A stretch of DNA of 64,000 nt, from assembly GCA_963676795.2 (NCBI GenBank), contig CAXXTB010000002.1, positions 1,728,001 through 1,792,000 of the forward strand, in the 5' to 3' direction. The position numbers were made by a program, and so were the translations under genes. Shown piece after piece: positions 51,234 through 62,734 of the stretch. The stretch is from Geopsychrobacteraceae bacterium. Its GTDB lineage: Bacteria > Desulfobacterota > Desulfuromonadia > Desulfuromonadales > Geopsychrobacteraceae. Under the pieces are notes generated by a model. The model had not been told where the DNA came from. It searched no databases and worked only from the letters and a program-made list of their open reading frames with translations. Each line of letters opens with the position of its first letter. The stretch's first letter is position 1.

Positions 51234-52997
51234 ATGGACTGGCCCCCAATCGTAAAAGACCTGTCGCTCATACCAGTGCAGCCGAATCTGACCGACTACC
51301 AACAGGCTTGCGCCGGATTCTCCTGGGAATCTGTCCGGAATCACCTCGACGGTTTGCCCGCTGGCCGGGGGCTGAACATTGCTCACGAAGCTGTCGATCG
51401 TCATGCTGAGGGACCTCTGAAAAGCAAGGTAGCACTGCGCTGGCTGGGCAAAAACGAGGAACGGATCGACATCAGCTACTCTGAACTGAAAGATCAGTCC
51501 AACCGCTTTGCCAATATATTGAATAGCCTTGAAATCATGAAAGGCGAAAGGGTTTTCAGTCTCTGCGGCCGGATTCCTGAGCTCTATTTTGCTGCGCTGG
51601 GAACCCTGAAAAACACCAGCGTCTTCTGTCCGCTTTTTTCGGCCTTTGGTCCTGAGCCGATCGCTCAGCGTCTGCAGATCGGCGACGGAAAAGTGCTGGT
51701 CACATCCCAGCGCCTGTATCGCAAGAAGATCGCTGAGCTGCGCCCTGTCCTGCCTGCCCTCCGCTATGTTCTGCTTGTCGACAGTGATCAGGACCTGGAT
51801 GAGCAGACCCTCTCCCTGCCCCGGCTTATGGCGCAGGCGGACTCGAAGTTCAGCATTCCAGTGACGGCCCCCGATGACATGGCACTGCTCCATTTCACCA
51901 GCGGAACCACCGGCAAGCCCAAGGGCGCGATCCATGTCCATAATGCAGCCCTGACTCACTACCTGACCGGCAGCTATGTTCTCGATCTTCACCCCGACGA
52001 TATCTTCTGGTGCACAGCGGATTGTGGCTGGGTTACCGGCACCTCTTACGGCATCATATCGCCGTTACTCCACGGTATCACTAACATCGTCGACGAGGCC
52101 GATTTCGACACCGACCGCTGGTGCCGGACCCTCGCCGCTGAACGCGTCAACGTCTGGTACACGGCACCAACGGCGATCCGCATGCTGATGCGCAGCGGCA
52201 TCAAACCCCGCGAACACTACGACCTTTCCGCCTTGCGCCTGGTCCACAGCGTTGGCGAACCACTCAACCCTGAAGCTGTGGTCTGGGGGATTGAAGCCCT
52301 CGGCATTCCGATCCACGACAACTGGTGGCAGACAGAAACGGGCGGTATCATGATCGCCAACTACGCCGCCATGGAGATCCGCCCGGGATCCATGGGCCGG
52401 CCACTGCCCGGAATCGAAGCCGCAATCGTTCATCGAACGGACTCATCTCAAGTCGTCATTGAAGATCAGCCCGATAGCGAAGGAGAACTGGCCCTGCGCT
52501 CCGGCTGGCCTTCGATGTTTCGCGGCTACCTGCATGAAGACGAGCGCTACCGCAACTGTTTTGCCGGCGACTGGTATATCACCGGAGACCTGGCCAGACG
52601 TGACGCCGACGGCTATTTCTGGTTTGTCGGCCGCGCCGACGACATCATCAAGACATCCGGTCACATGGTCGGCCCGTTTGAAGTTGAAAGTGCCCTGATG
52701 GAGCATCCGGCGGTCGCAGAAGCAGGAGTCATCGGCAAACCGGAGCCGACGATCGGTGAACTGGTCAAAGCCTTTGTGGCTCTCAAACCCGGGGTTCAGC
52801 CAAGTGACGAGCTGCGGCTGGAACTCATCGGTTTTACCCGCAAGAAACTGGGTTCGGCGGTAGCACCCAAAGAGATTGAATTCGCGTCCAGCTTGCCCAA
52901 AACCCGCAGCGGCAAGATCATGCGCCGCTTGCTCAAAGCCCGTGAGCTGGGTCTCCCCGAAGGGGACACCTCAACCCTGGAAGGAGAGCATCCATGA
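51234..52997 (+). CDS. acsA: Acetate-CoA ligase
   Basis: [39 protein letters not shown]. Confidence 0.92.
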   Translation: MDWPPIVKDLSLIPVQPNLTDYQQACAGFSWESVRNHLDGLPAGRGLNIAHEAVDRHAEGPLKSKVALRWLGKNEERIDISYSELKDQSNRFANILNSLEIMKGERVFSLCGRIPELYFAALGTLKNTSVFCPLFSAFGPEPIAQRLQIGDGKVLVTSQRLYRKKIAELRPVLPALRYVLLVDSDQDLDEQTLSLPRLMAQADSKFSIPVTAPDDMALLHFTSGTTGKPKGAIHVHNAALTHYLTGSYVLDLHPDDIFWCTADCGWVTGTSYGIISPLLHGITNIVDEADFDTDRWCRTLAAERVNVWYTAPTAIRMLMRSGIKPREHYDLSALRLVHSVGEPLNPEAVVWGIEALGIPIHDNWWQTETGGIMIANYAAMEIRPGSMGRPLPGIEAAIVHRTDSSQVVIEDQPDSEGELALRSGWPSMFRGYLHEDERYRNCFAGDWYITGDLARRDADGYFWFVGRADDIIKTSGHMVGPFEVESALMEHPAVAEAGVIGKPEPTIGELVKAFVALKPGVQPSDELRLELIGFTRKKLGSAVAPKEIEFASSLPKTRSGKIMRRLLKARELGLPEGDTSTLEGEHP

Positions 52998-53965
52998 ATG
53001 AACAGGAATACCAGCTCCACCTGCTCAGGCAGATGCTGCGCATTCGCCGCTTCGAGGAAAAATCGGCGGAGCTCTACAGCCTGACGAAAATCAGGGGCTT
53101 TCTGCACCTCTACATCGGTGAGGAGGCAGTCGCGGTTGGAATCAGCGAAGCGCTTTCAGCCGCAGATGCTTTAGTTGCAACCTACCGTGAGCATGGCCAT
53201 GCGATTGCCCGCGGCATGGCCATGGGACCGGCAATGGCCGAGATGTACGGCAAGGTCACGGGCTGCTGCAGGGGCCGCGGCGGTTCCATGCATCTGTTCG
53301 ATGCTCAGCATCGGCTCTATGGCGGCAACGCCATCGTTGGCGGCGGCCTGCCGATAGCGGTCGGCCTGGCCCTGGCTGACCGGATGCAGCAGCGAAACCA
53401 GGTGACCTGCTGTTGTTTTGGCGAAGGTGCCGTGGCCGAAGGAGAGTTTCATGAAGCGATGAATCTTGCGGCCCTCTGGCAACTTCCGGTCCTGTTTGTC
53501 TGCGAAAACAATCTCTACGCCATGGGCACCGCGCTGATCCGTTCCGAATCGATGATCGAACTGACCCGCAAGGCAGACGCCTACGGAATGACAGCGGCAT
53601 CGGTCGACGGTATGGATGTGCTCGCCGTTGCAAATGCGGCCCGTGCCGCCAGAGAGCAGATCATCACGACCGGGATGCCCTTTTTCCTGGAATGCAAAAC
53701 CTATCGTTTCCGACCCCATTCAATGTTTGACCCGGAACTTTACCGCTCCCAGCAAGAGGTCGACCAATGGAGACAACATGACCCGATCCAGACACTCAGC
53801 GACAAACTCAAAGAGCATGGCTGGATCACTGAACAAAAGCTGAACCAGTTGGAGGCAGAAATCGCGGCTGAAATCGCCGAAGCGGTTGACTTCTCCGAAC
53901 AAAGCGACTGGGAAGCGGTCAGCGAACTGACCCGCTTTGTCTATTCCGATCCGGAGGCGCAATGA
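52994..53965 (+). CDS. pdhA: Pyruvate dehydrogenase E1 alpha
   Basis: [36 protein letters not shown]. Confidence 0.92.
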   Translation: MNEQEYQLHLLRQMLRIRRFEEKSAELYSLTKIRGFLHLYIGEEAVAVGISEALSAADALVATYREHGHAIARGMAMGPAMAEMYGKVTGCCRGRGGSMHLFDAQHRLYGGNAIVGGGLPIAVGLALADRMQQRNQVTCCCFGEGAVAEGEFHEAMNLAALWQLPVLFVCENNLYAMGTALIRSESMIELTRKADAYGMTAASVDGMDVLAVANAARAAREQIITTGMPFFLECKTYRFRPHSMFDPELYRSQQEVDQWRQHDPIQTLSDKLKEHGWITEQKLNQLEAEIAAEIAEAVDFSEQSDWEAVSELTRFVYSDPEAQ

Positions 53966-54954
53966 TGGGTGAGCAACGCCTGAAAACAACCTATCGGGAA
54001 GCCGTTCGCTCTGGTTTACGCGATGCACTGTTGCGCGACGAGCGGGTCTTCCTGATGGGCGAGGATGTCGGCTGCTACGGCGGCTGTTTTGCCGCCAGCA
54101 AGGGGTTGCTGGACGAATTCGGTCCGGAGCGGATTCGCGATACGCCACTGTCCGAATCGACCTTCACCGGGGCAGGGATCGGCGCCGCCCTGGGGGGAAT
54201 GCGCCCAATCGTTGAAATTATGACAGTCAATTTCAGCCTGTTGGCCCTTGATCAGATCGTCAACAACGCGGCGACCTATCTGCATATGTCGGGCGGACAG
54301 TTTAACGTACAGCTGGTCATCCGCATGGCGACCGGCGGCGGCAAACAGCTTGCCGCCCAGCATTCTCACAGTCTGGAAGGTTTGTATGCACATATCCCCG
54401 GCATCAAAATTCTCTGTGCAGCAACCCTGGAAGATGCCCGGGGAATGCTCTGGAGCGCCCTGCAGGATCCCGACCCGGTGTTGATCTTCGAGCCCTCGGT
54501 TCTCTACCCCATGGAGGGGGAATTGGCGGCCGACGCCGGCGCAGTCGCTATCGACCGGGCCAGACTCCATCGCCAGGGCAAAGACCTGACCTTGATCAGC
54601 TATGGCAGCTGCCTGTACAAATGCCTGGATGCAGCTGACACTCTGGCCGCTGAAGGGATTGAGACCGAACTGATCGACCTGCGTGTCCTGCGTCCGCTCG
54701 ACGAGCAGACATTCCTGACCTCGGTCGAAAAGACCCACCGTGCCCTGATCGTTGACGAAGGCTGGCGCAGTGGCAGTCTTGCCGCCGAAATCAGCGCCCG
54801 GATCATGGAGCAGGCCTTTTACAACCTCGATGCGCCTGTCGAACGGATCTGCAGTGCCGAGGTGCCGATGCCCTACGCCAAACATATGGAGGAGGCGGCC
54901 CTGCCCCAGGTGGAAGAGATCGTCAAAACAGCAAGGAGGATGGTGCGTGGCTGA
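53962..54954 (+). CDS. pdhB: Pyruvate dehydrogenase E1 beta
   Basis: MGEDVG, DTPLSE, AAQHS. Confidence 0.92.
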   Translation: MMGEQRLKTTYREAVRSGLRDALLRDERVFLMGEDVGCYGGCFAASKGLLDEFGPERIRDTPLSESTFTGAGIGAALGGMRPIVEIMTVNFSLLALDQIVNNAATYLHMSGGQFNVQLVIRMATGGGKQLAAQHSHSLEGLYAHIPGIKILCAATLEDARGMLWSALQDPDPVLIFEPSVLYPMEGELAADAGAVAIDRARLHRQGKDLTLISYGSCLYKCLDAADTLAAEGIETELIDLRVLRPLDEQTFLTSVEKTHRALIVDEGWRSGSLAAEISARIMEQAFYNLDAPVERICSAEVPMPYAKHMEEAALPQVEEIVKTARRMVRG

Positions 54955-56071
54955 ATTCGTCATGCCCAGCCTGGGCGCCGACATGAAAAACGGAATTCTG
55001 GTCGACTGGCGGGTCAAACCCGGCGATCAAGTCAAGCGTGGCGATATTATCGCCGATATCGAAACCGACAAGGGGGTTTTTGAAGTCGAGGTCTATAGCG
55101 ACGGCGTCATCGACCGCCTGCTGGTTGAACCCGGAGGAGACAAAATCCCGGTCGGGACCGTGCTGGCGACCATCGCTTCAGCAACAGAACAACCAACCTT
55201 TGCACCAGCCCAGTCAACCGAGCGCCGCATCAAAGCCTCCCCCGCAGCCAGAAAACTAGCGGCCGAACACCAGATCGATCTGAGCAGGGTCAGCGCGAGC
55301 GGTGCGGGCGGAGCAATCACCCTGGCAGACATCGAGACGGCGATCAAGACCGCCACACAAGAGCAGATCAACCCGCCGTCAGCACCACCGGAGCGGCCAA
55401 AAGCGTCCGCAGAGGGGCTGCGCAAAGCGATCGCCGCAGCCATGAGCCTGGCCAATCGCGAGATCCCCCACTACTACCTGGCCACGGAAATCGACATGAG
55501 CCGCGCGCTGGCCTGGCAGGAAGAATACAACCGCCAGCATCCTATCAGCGAGCGCCTGCTGCCGGTCGTGTTGCTTTTGAAAGCGACAGCACTGGCGTTA
55601 ACCAGGATTCCGGAGCTCAACGCTTATTGGGTCGATGGCAAGCCTGTCATCAGACCCGAAGTAAATATCGGCTTTGCCGTCGCTTTACGCGGCGGCGGAC
55701 TGATCACACCGGCTCTGGCCAACGTCGATCGCTTAAGCCTTGCCCAGCTGATGAGCGCCATGAGCGATCTGATCAGCCGCACCCGCGCCGGAAAACTACG
55801 CGCATCCGAGCTGACCAGCGCCGGCATCACGGTGACCAGCCTCGGCGATCTCGGTGTCCGCAGCGTCTTTGGCGTCATCTATCCACCCCAGGTCGCCCTG
55901 GTCGGGTTCGGCCGCATCAGCGAACGCCCCTGGGCCGAAAATGGCGCCATCAGCGCCCGTCCGATTTTGACCGCGACCCTCGCGGCGGATCACCGGGCCA
56001 GTGATGGCCACCTGGGGGCGAGGTTTCTCGACACCCTGGATAAACTTCTACAGGAGCCTGAAAAACTATGA
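54947..56071 (+). CDS. pdhC: Dihydrolipoamide acyltransferase E2
   Basis: GTG start; lipoyl ETDKG, subunit-binding ASPAARKLA, catalytic DHRASDG. Confidence 0.9.
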   Translation: MAEFVMPSLGADMKNGILVDWRVKPGDQVKRGDIIADIETDKGVFEVEVYSDGVIDRLLVEPGGDKIPVGTVLATIASATEQPTFAPAQSTERRIKASPAARKLAAEHQIDLSRVSASGAGGAITLADIETAIKTATQEQINPPSAPPERPKASAEGLRKAIAAAMSLANREIPHYYLATEIDMSRALAWQEEYNRQHPISERLLPVVLLLKATALALTRIPELNAYWVDGKPVIRPEVNIGFAVALRGGGLITPALANVDRLSLAQLMSAMSDLISRTRAGKLRASELTSAGITVTSLGDLGVRSVFGVIYPPQVALVGFGRISERPWAENGAISARPILTATLAADHRASDGHLGARFLDTLDKLLQEPEKL

Positions 56072-56325
56072 CCGAGGCAGATATCAGAACCCTCATTTTC
56101 GAAATAATTGTCCAGATCGCCCCAGAAATCGATTCCGCCGATATCTCAGCGACCGAGAACCTGCGCGAGGAACTGGATATCGACTCCTTCGATTTTCTGA
56201 AGCTGCTGATTGCCCTGAGTGAACAGCTCAGCATAGAGATCCCGGAACAGGATTACGAACGCCTGATCAGCCTGAATGACCTTGTGACCTATCTCAAAGA
56301 CAGGCTTTCTGAAAACAAAACCTAA
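56068..56325 (+). CDS. Acyl carrier protein
   Basis: Acidic, 85 aa; LDIDSFDF phosphopantetheine Ser motif, IEIPEQD. Confidence 0.85.
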   Translation: MTEADIRTLIFEIIVQIAPEIDSADISATENLREELDIDSFDFLKLLIALSEQLSIEIPEQDYERLISLNDLVTYLKDRLSENKT

Positions 56326-56486
56326 GTCGCGTAATACGGCCCGTTTTCGCGCAAATCAGGACGTAACCCATGACTCACCAGCCATTGAAGACAGCGGCTA
56401 AAATGCTAGACTTTAACTAGTTACCGTCCGGAAACTCTGGATGGCAACAAATGAAATACCTGCCTTTCCTGCAAAGGAGGCCTCGG

Positions 56487-57599
56487 ATGGAGGATATCTT
56501 CAGATTTACCGACAATATCGGCCCTGCCAAGATCATCCATATTTATCAACCTGCGATTCAACTTAAAGCGGTACTGGTCATTGACAATGTCGCCTGCGGG
56601 CCGTCAATAGGTGGCATCCGCATAGCGGCCGATGTCAGCACGGAGGAATGCTTCAGACTGGCACGGGCCATGACCATGAAAAACGCCGCCGCCGGGCTCA
56701 CCCATGGTGGCGGTAAAACTGTCGTCTATGGCGACCCTAAGATGCCTCGCACCAAGAAGGAAGTCCTGATCCGGGGATTGGCTCAGGCGCTGCGCGATTG
56801 CAAGGATTACATCCCCGGTCCGGATATGGGGACCGATGAAGAATGTATGGCCATGATCAAGGATGAAATCGTCCGTGCCGTTGGACTGCCACGGGAAATT
56901 GGCGGTATCCCGCTTGACGAAATCGGGGCAACCGCCTGGGGAGTCGATAACGCGACGGAGATCGCCCTGAAGTATTGTCATTTTGAACTCAAGGGGGCCC
57001 GCCTGGTTATCCAGGGGTTCGGTGCCGTCGGTAAACACACGGCGCGCTTTCTCACTGAAAAGGGGGCCGTTCTCATTGGTGTTTCCGATTCCGGAGGAGC
57101 GCTTTACAACCCCGCAGGACTTGAGATAGCCACTCTGATTGCCCTCAAAGACGAGGGGAAAAGTGTCTCCGATTCCCCTGACGGCCAGAAACTGGGCAGC
57201 GATGCACTGATCGATATCGACTGTGACATCTGGATCCCGGCTGCCCGCCCGGACATCATCCATATGGACAATGTTGAACGCCTGCGAACCAAGCTGATTG
57301 TCGAGGGGGCCAACATTCCCATCACCCGCGATGCAGAAATTTATCTGCATGAAAAAGGGGTGTTATGTATCCCCGATTTTATCGCCAATGCGGGGGGAGT
57401 CATCTGCGCCGCCATGGAATATCAGGGGGCCTGTGAATCGACAGCCATGCAGGCGATCGCGGAGAAAGTCCGGCGCAACACCGAATTGATCATGAAGGAG
57501 GTCAGCACCAGAGGGATCCCGCCTCGCCAGGCAGCCGAAGAGTTGGCTCTGGCGCGGATCACAAGAGCGATGTCGTTCAAACGCTGGGGAATCTTTTAG
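56487..57599 (+). CDS. Glu/Leu/Phe/Val dehydrogenase
   Basis: GGIR, MTMKNA, GGGK, GPDMGT, QGFGAVG, EGAN, PDFIANAGGV; AGGAGG RBS. Confidence 0.9.
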   Translation: MEDIFRFTDNIGPAKIIHIYQPAIQLKAVLVIDNVACGPSIGGIRIAADVSTEECFRLARAMTMKNAAAGLTHGGGKTVVYGDPKMPRTKKEVLIRGLAQALRDCKDYIPGPDMGTDEECMAMIKDEIVRAVGLPREIGGIPLDEIGATAWGVDNATEIALKYCHFELKGARLVIQGFGAVGKHTARFLTEKGAVLIGVSDSGGALYNPAGLEIATLIALKDEGKSVSDSPDGQKLGSDALIDIDCDIWIPAARPDIIHMDNVERLRTKLIVEGANIPITRDAEIYLHEKGVLCIPDFIANAGGVICAAMEYQGACESTAMQAIAEKVRRNTELIMKEVSTRGIPPRQAAEELALARITRAMSFKRWGIF

Positions 57600-57623
57600 C
57601 CAGTTTTGCGTACTGGAGGCTGC

Positions 57624-58544
57624 ATGTATCGTATCCGCTTTCACGGCCGGGGCGGCCAGGGGATAAAGACAGCGAGCCGCATCCTTGGAACAGCCTTTTT
57701 CCTCGAAGGTTTCGAGGTGCAGGATGCGCCCCGTTACGGAGCCGAGCGCCGTGGCGCACCGATCTTCGCCTATGTCCGCGCCGATCATCGTCAAATCAAT
57801 GAGCGTGGCATCATTCATTCGCCCGACCTGGTCGTTGTTGCCGATGAAACCCTGCTCGGCATTCCGGCAGCCGGTGTGCTGCAGGGCATCGCGCAGAACA
57901 GCGTCATCCTTATCGCCAGCAATCAGCCAGCAGAAGCCCTTATAGACCGCTATCCCCTGCCAGGAAAGGTTGTCACACTTCTGCCCGCGCATGCTACCCA
58001 GTCACACAGCACCCTTGCCGGCGTGGCCTGTGCCGGTGGTGCAGCACGGCTGACCGGTGTCATTAGCGAGGAAAGCCTCAAAGAGGCTATCCGTCAGGAA
58101 CTGTCCGATCACGGCCAGATTGCAGTCACAGACAACATCGCCATGGCCACGGCTGGCTACGCTCAGCTGGCCAGCGACAGCGGGATGGTGGTAGCAGATT
58201 CCGTGGGCAACTACCCCCTGAAAAAACCAGACTGGATCAATCTGCCCTTTGACGAAGCGCGTCTGGCAGCACCAGCCATCCATACCACACTGACCAGCGA
58301 AAAGGTCAAAACCGGACTATGGCGCAGTCTGCGGCCGGTCATCGACCGGCACAGCTGCCGTCGTTGCAGCCTGTGTTGTCAGCTCTGCCCTGAAGGCGCC
58401 ATCCATCTTGATCCGCAGGGCTGGCCCGAAATCGACTATGAACACTGCAAGGGCTGCCTGATCTGCCAGGAACAGTGCCCGGCCAAAGCGATAATCGCCG
58501 TTGCGGAAGGACAGCCAGAGAGTCGAACGGGAGGTGGGCCATGA
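57624..58544 (+). CDS. 2-oxoacid:ferredoxin oxidoreductase fused gamma+delta subunit
   Basis: RFHGRGGQG, YGAERRGAP; C-terminal TGLWR and two ferredoxin motifs. Confidence 0.88.
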   Translation: MYRIRFHGRGGQGIKTASRILGTAFFLEGFEVQDAPRYGAERRGAPIFAYVRADHRQINERGIIHSPDLVVVADETLLGIPAAGVLQGIAQNSVILIASNQPAEALIDRYPLPGKVVTLLPAHATQSHSTLAGVACAGGAARLTGVISEESLKEAIRQELSDHGQIAVTDNIAMATAGYAQLASDSGMVVADSVGNYPLKKPDWINLPFDEARLAAPAIHTTLTSEKVKTGLWRSLRPVIDRHSCRRCSLCCQLCPEGAIHLDPQGWPEIDYEHCKGCLICQEQCPAKAIIAVAEGQPESRTGGGP

Positions 58545-59764
58545 AACGGACACTGCTGACAGGCAATGGCGCGGCAGCCTGGGGCATGCGGCTGGCCAAG
58601 GCAGATTATCTGCCCGCCTTCCCCATCACCCCGCAGACCGAGATCATTGAGACGATCGCCAGGTGGATCGCAAGCGGAGAGGTCGACTGTCGCATGGTCA
58701 CTCTGGAATCCGAGCATTCCATGCTCACGGCGGCCGGTGCGGCCGCGGCGACCGGGGTCCGGGTTTTCAGTGCGACATCGAGCCAGGGGCTGCTTTACGC
58801 CATGGAGATGCTCTACACAGTTGCCGGCTGGCGTGCTCCCCTGGTGCTGGTCAACGTCTCGCGCGGCCTCTCGTCGCCGATCACCCTGGAACCGGATCAC
58901 AACGATATTTTAGCGGCCCGCGACAGCGGTTTTCTCCAGCTGCACTGTGCCAGCTGTCAGGAGGTTCTCGACAGCATCCTGCTCGCCTACCGTCTGGCGG
59001 AAGACAGCCGTGTCCGGCTGCCGGTCATTGTCAACCTGGACGGCTTCTACCTGTCCTTCACCAGGGAACCGGTGAGTATCCCGACAGCTGAAGCTGTGGC
59101 CAGATTCCTCCCTCCCTACGATCCACAGAATCTGCTCTTCAGCGCCAGTGCTCCCGCCAGTCACGCCGTCGCCGTGCTGGGTGGCGGAGCCTACTCCTAT
59201 TTCCGCTACCAGTGCCACCTGGCGGCGCAGAATGCACTTGAAGTTTTCAACTCTATCGGCTCGGAATTTGGTGATATTTTTGGTCGCAACTATGGTGCGG
59301 TTGAAGCCTATCGCTGCAGCGATGCCGATATCGCCCTGGTCATGATCGGCTCCTTTGCCAGCAAGGCCAGAGCGGCCGTAGACCGCTTGCGTGAAGATGG
59401 CCAGAGGGTCGGACTGCTGCGGCCACGGCTGCTGCGCCCCTTCCCGGCTTCGACACTGGCACGCCTGCTGGCAGGGAAGGCAGGTGTTGCGGTCATCGAT
59501 CAGAACATTTCACTGGGGGGAGGCGGCATCCTGCATGGGGAACTGGCGGCCGCCCTTTATGGCCAAACGGGTGCGCCCCCGATTCTGACCAGCTTCATCG
59601 GCGGGCTCGGTGGCCGCGACATCAACCTGGAGGAATTTGCCGAGATGGTTGCCGTGACGCGCAAAGCTGTTGCTGAGGTTTGTACACCGCCACCACGGCT
59701 ACTCTACTGCAAGGAAGAATTGCAGGAACTCAGGAAGATGCAACAGATTGCGGGGATGTTATGA
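58541..59764 (+). CDS. 2-oxoacid:ferredoxin oxidoreductase alpha subunit
   Basis: FPITPQTE, LESEHS, ATSSQGL. Confidence 0.9.
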   Translation: MKRTLLTGNGAAAWGMRLAKADYLPAFPITPQTEIIETIARWIASGEVDCRMVTLESEHSMLTAAGAAAATGVRVFSATSSQGLLYAMEMLYTVAGWRAPLVLVNVSRGLSSPITLEPDHNDILAARDSGFLQLHCASCQEVLDSILLAYRLAEDSRVRLPVIVNLDGFYLSFTREPVSIPTAEAVARFLPPYDPQNLLFSASAPASHAVAVLGGGAYSYFRYQCHLAAQNALEVFNSIGSEFGDIFGRNYGAVEAYRCSDADIALVMIGSFASKARAAVDRLREDGQRVGLLRPRLLRPFPASTLARLLAGKAGVAVIDQNISLGGGGILHGELAAALYGQTGAPPILTSFIGGLGGRDINLEEFAEMVAVTRKAVAEVCTPPPRLLYCKEELQELRKMQQIAGML

Positions 59765-60678
59765 GCGAAACGAAATACCGAAGCCTGAAGGACCTGCCGA
59801 CCTCCCACCTGTTGGGAGCCGGTACCGCCACGTGTGCCGGCTGTGGCGGACTCGAAGCACTCCAGCACATCTACGATATCCTCGGTGAAAAGACCGTCGT
59901 TATCAACGCCGCCGGCTGCATGACCCTGCTGTCGGTCTATCCCTTCACCCCCTTCCGTGGCTCCTGGCTCTACACCGCCATGGCCTCGGCTCCAGCCGGC
60001 GCCCAGGGGGTCAGAGATGCCCTCGATATCCGGCTACGTAAAGGCCAGCTGGACAGCGCCGACGATCTGCAGACCGTCGTCCTGACCGGTGACGGCTCTG
60101 CTTACGGCATGGGACTGTCAGCCACCTCAGCCGCCATCGAACGCGGTCTCGATTTCATCTACATCTGCTACGACAACGAAGGATATGGCAATACCGGCCA
60201 CCAGACCTCGGCCGCCACCCCCCATGGGGCAAAAACGGCAACCTGCGCAGCGCAACATGGCGTCAGCGGCAGGAAAAAGGATCTATTTGCAATCTGGGTC
60301 GCTCACCGTCCGACCTATGTTGCCACTGTGGCTGGCTGCGAGCCCCTCGATCTGGCGCGAAAACTGGAAAAGGCCGTGCACTTGCAAGGCCCGCGTCTGA
60401 TCATTGCCCTGGCGCCCTGCCCCACCGGCTGGGGCTACGATCCGCAGCAGACGGTCGAAATCGGCAAGCTGGCCATCAACACCGGGATCTGGCCGCTCAA
60501 GGAATACCTAAATGGCACAGTCGCCCACACCCATATTCCACGAAAGCGTCTGCCGGCCTCGGACTACCTGCAACGCCAGGGCCGCTTCAGCCACCTGTTC
60601 TCACCGCATCACCAGCAGGAGACGATCAGCGAAATTCAGGAGCAGATTGATGCCTACTGGCAAAGCGTTACGGACTGA
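59761..60678 (+). CDS. 2-oxoacid:ferredoxin oxidoreductase beta subunit
   Basis: CAGCG, GDGS, YDNEGYGNTG, PCPTGW. Confidence 0.9.
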   Translation: MSETKYRSLKDLPTSHLLGAGTATCAGCGGLEALQHIYDILGEKTVVINAAGCMTLLSVYPFTPFRGSWLYTAMASAPAGAQGVRDALDIRLRKGQLDSADDLQTVVLTGDGSAYGMGLSATSAAIERGLDFIYICYDNEGYGNTGHQTSAATPHGAKTATCAAQHGVSGRKKDLFAIWVAHRPTYVATVAGCEPLDLARKLEKAVHLQGPRLIIALAPCPTGWGYDPQQTVEIGKLAINTGIWPLKEYLNGTVAHTHIPRKRLPASDYLQRQGRFSHLFSPHHQQETISEIQEQIDAYWQSVTD

Positions 60679-60714
60679 CTTCTCGAATGCGTAAAGAGTA
60701 GAGGGGGTACAACG

Positions 60715-62421
60715 ATGCGCAGTTTGACAACAAGCTATTATCACCGAGGAGCCACAATCCCCCTTTCCGGCCAGACGCTCCCGCAACACTTTGCCGATAT
60801 CGTCAAATTATTCCCGAACCGACAGGCCATTGTCTCTCGCCATCAGCACAGGAACCTGAACTATACCCAGCTCTCCAGCGCCATTGACGAGATCGCCCGC
60901 GGACTGCTCGGCCTGGGTTTCAGGCGCGGGGATCGCATCGGCATCTGGTCAACCAACAACATCGAATGGCTGCTGGTCCAGATGGCAACTGTCCGCATCG
61001 GTGCCGTGCTGGTCTGTATCAATCCGGCTTACCGTCGTGAAGAACTGGCCCACGCCCTGCAACGATCGGAGCTGCACGCCCTGGTCACCATCCCCTCTTT
61101 TCGCTCCAGTGATTATGTCAGCATGCTCACTGAGCTGGTGCCGCAACTCAAGCAGGAGGGAAAGAGCCTGTCAGCAACTGACTTCCCCTGTTTGCGCCGG
61201 GTGATCCTTTTTGATCCGCTGGACCCCGAACAGACCCGTCCACCACAGCCGGGCTTTACCCTCTGGTCCGAACTGCTAGAAGCCGCTGCGACAGTTGCAC
61301 AGGCCGGGCTGGATCTGCTGACAGCTGACCTCGACCCGGACGATCCGGTCGGCCTGCTCTACACCTCCGGGACCTTCGGTTTCCCGAAGACAGCGGTTCT
61401 CTCCCATCATAACCTGCTCAACAACGCCCGTTTTACCGCGATGAGGATGTACTTTGATGAACAGGACCGGCTCTGCGTTCCCGTACCCTTCTACCATTGT
61501 TTCGGCATGGTGCTGGCCAACCTGCTCTGCCTCACGACCGGAGCCTGCCTGATACTGCCTGACGAATATTTTAACCCACTCAAGGTGCTGCAGGCTGTAG
61601 AGGTGGAACAATGTACAGCGCTTCACGGGGTCCCGACCATGTTCGTCGCCGAACTGGAACATCAAGAGTTCAAAGACTTTGACTTAAGTTCTCTGCGCAC
61701 CGGGATCATGGCCGGAGCCCCCTGCCCGCCCGACCTGGTCAGAAGAGTCATCGAGGAGATGCCCTGCCCTGACATCCTGATCGGCTACGGCATGACCGAA
61801 GCCTCCCCCCTCACCCACCTGACCGCGCCGGAAGATCCCATGGAGATCCGTCTGGAAACTGTAGGCAGGAATCTGCCGCATCAGGAGGTCAAGATCATCG
61901 ATCCGGAGAGTGGCAAAACGAAAGCCATTGGCCAAAGCGGTGAGATCTGCTTTCGCGGTTACCATATCGCCAAAGGCTACTACGGGGATGAGCAGGCAAC
62001 CAGAGAAGCGATCGACGCAAACGGCTGGCTGCATTCAGGGGATCTGGGCGTCATGGATGAGCAAGGCTATGTCCGGATCACCGGGCGCAAGAAAGAGATC
62101 ATCATCCGCGGCGGCGAAAACATCTCTCCCTGGCAGATTGAACAGTGTCTCTTAAGTCATCCGCAGGTGGCAGAGGTTGCCGTCTTCGGTATCCCGGATA
62201 ACTACTTCGGTGAGGAGATCATGGCCTGGATCAGACTGAAGCCCGGTCAAAGGTCGACGGAACAGGAGCTTAAGGACTTCTGTCGCAACCGGATCGCCCA
62301 TTTCAAAATCCCCAAACAGATCCGGATTGTCGATGAGTTCCCGATGACCGTAAGCGGTAAACTGCAGAAATACCGGATGAGGGAAATAGCTATAACCACG
62401 CTGAAAAATGCTAAACTCTAA
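60715..62421 (+). CDS. Acyl-CoA synthetase (AMP-binding)
   Basis: YTSGTFGFPK, VPFYHCFG, YGMTE, GDLG, GGENI, SGKLQK. Confidence 0.9.
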   Translation: MRSLTTSYYHRGATIPLSGQTLPQHFADIVKLFPNRQAIVSRHQHRNLNYTQLSSAIDEIARGLLGLGFRRGDRIGIWSTNNIEWLLVQMATVRIGAVLVCINPAYRREELAHALQRSELHALVTIPSFRSSDYVSMLTELVPQLKQEGKSLSATDFPCLRRVILFDPLDPEQTRPPQPGFTLWSELLEAAATVAQAGLDLLTADLDPDDPVGLLYTSGTFGFPKTAVLSHHNLLNNARFTAMRMYFDEQDRLCVPVPFYHCFGMVLANLLCLTTGACLILPDEYFNPLKVLQAVEVEQCTALHGVPTMFVAELEHQEFKDFDLSSLRTGIMAGAPCPPDLVRRVIEEMPCPDILIGYGMTEASPLTHLTAPEDPMEIRLETVGRNLPHQEVKIIDPESGKTKAIGQSGEICFRGYHIAKGYYGDEQATREAIDANGWLHSGDLGVMDEQGYVRITGRKKEIIIRGGENISPWQIEQCLLSHPQVAEVAVFGIPDNYFGEEIMAWIRLKPGQRSTEQELKDFCRNRIAHFKIPKQIRIVDEFPMTVSGKLQKYRMREIAITTLKNAKL

Positions 62422-62459
62422 AGAGCACGACATCCCAGCGCTGCGGAAGGAGAATCCAG

Positions 62460-62630
62460 ATGCAAAATACTGTTATCAGACTTAAAAACCTGTGTGAAAT
62501 ATTGATCAACATGGGCGTGACAAACACTCCCAATGAACAGGAAATCAAAAAAATGATTTCAGAACTTGAAACCATGATCATGAAGGAAATGGAATTACTC
62601 AAAGAACGCGAATCAATGTCTGATACTTAG
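62460..62630 (+). CDS. Small helical hypothetical protein, 56 aa (absent from the ORF track)
   Basis: GAAGGAG RBS; MQNTVIRLKNLCEILINMGVTNTPNEQEIKKMISELETMIMKEMELLKERESMSDT. Confidence 0.5.
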   Translation: MQNTVIRLKNLCEILINMGVTNTPNEQEIKKMISELETMIMKEMELLKERESMSDT

Positions 62631-62734
62631 GAGCCGTGGTGATTGAACTGAGGCCGACCCGATTTTCCGTACAGATGGCTATATCATAAAGACAAGAGGC
62701 AGGGCCTGCCTGAATCAGAGTCGCTAAATCATGC

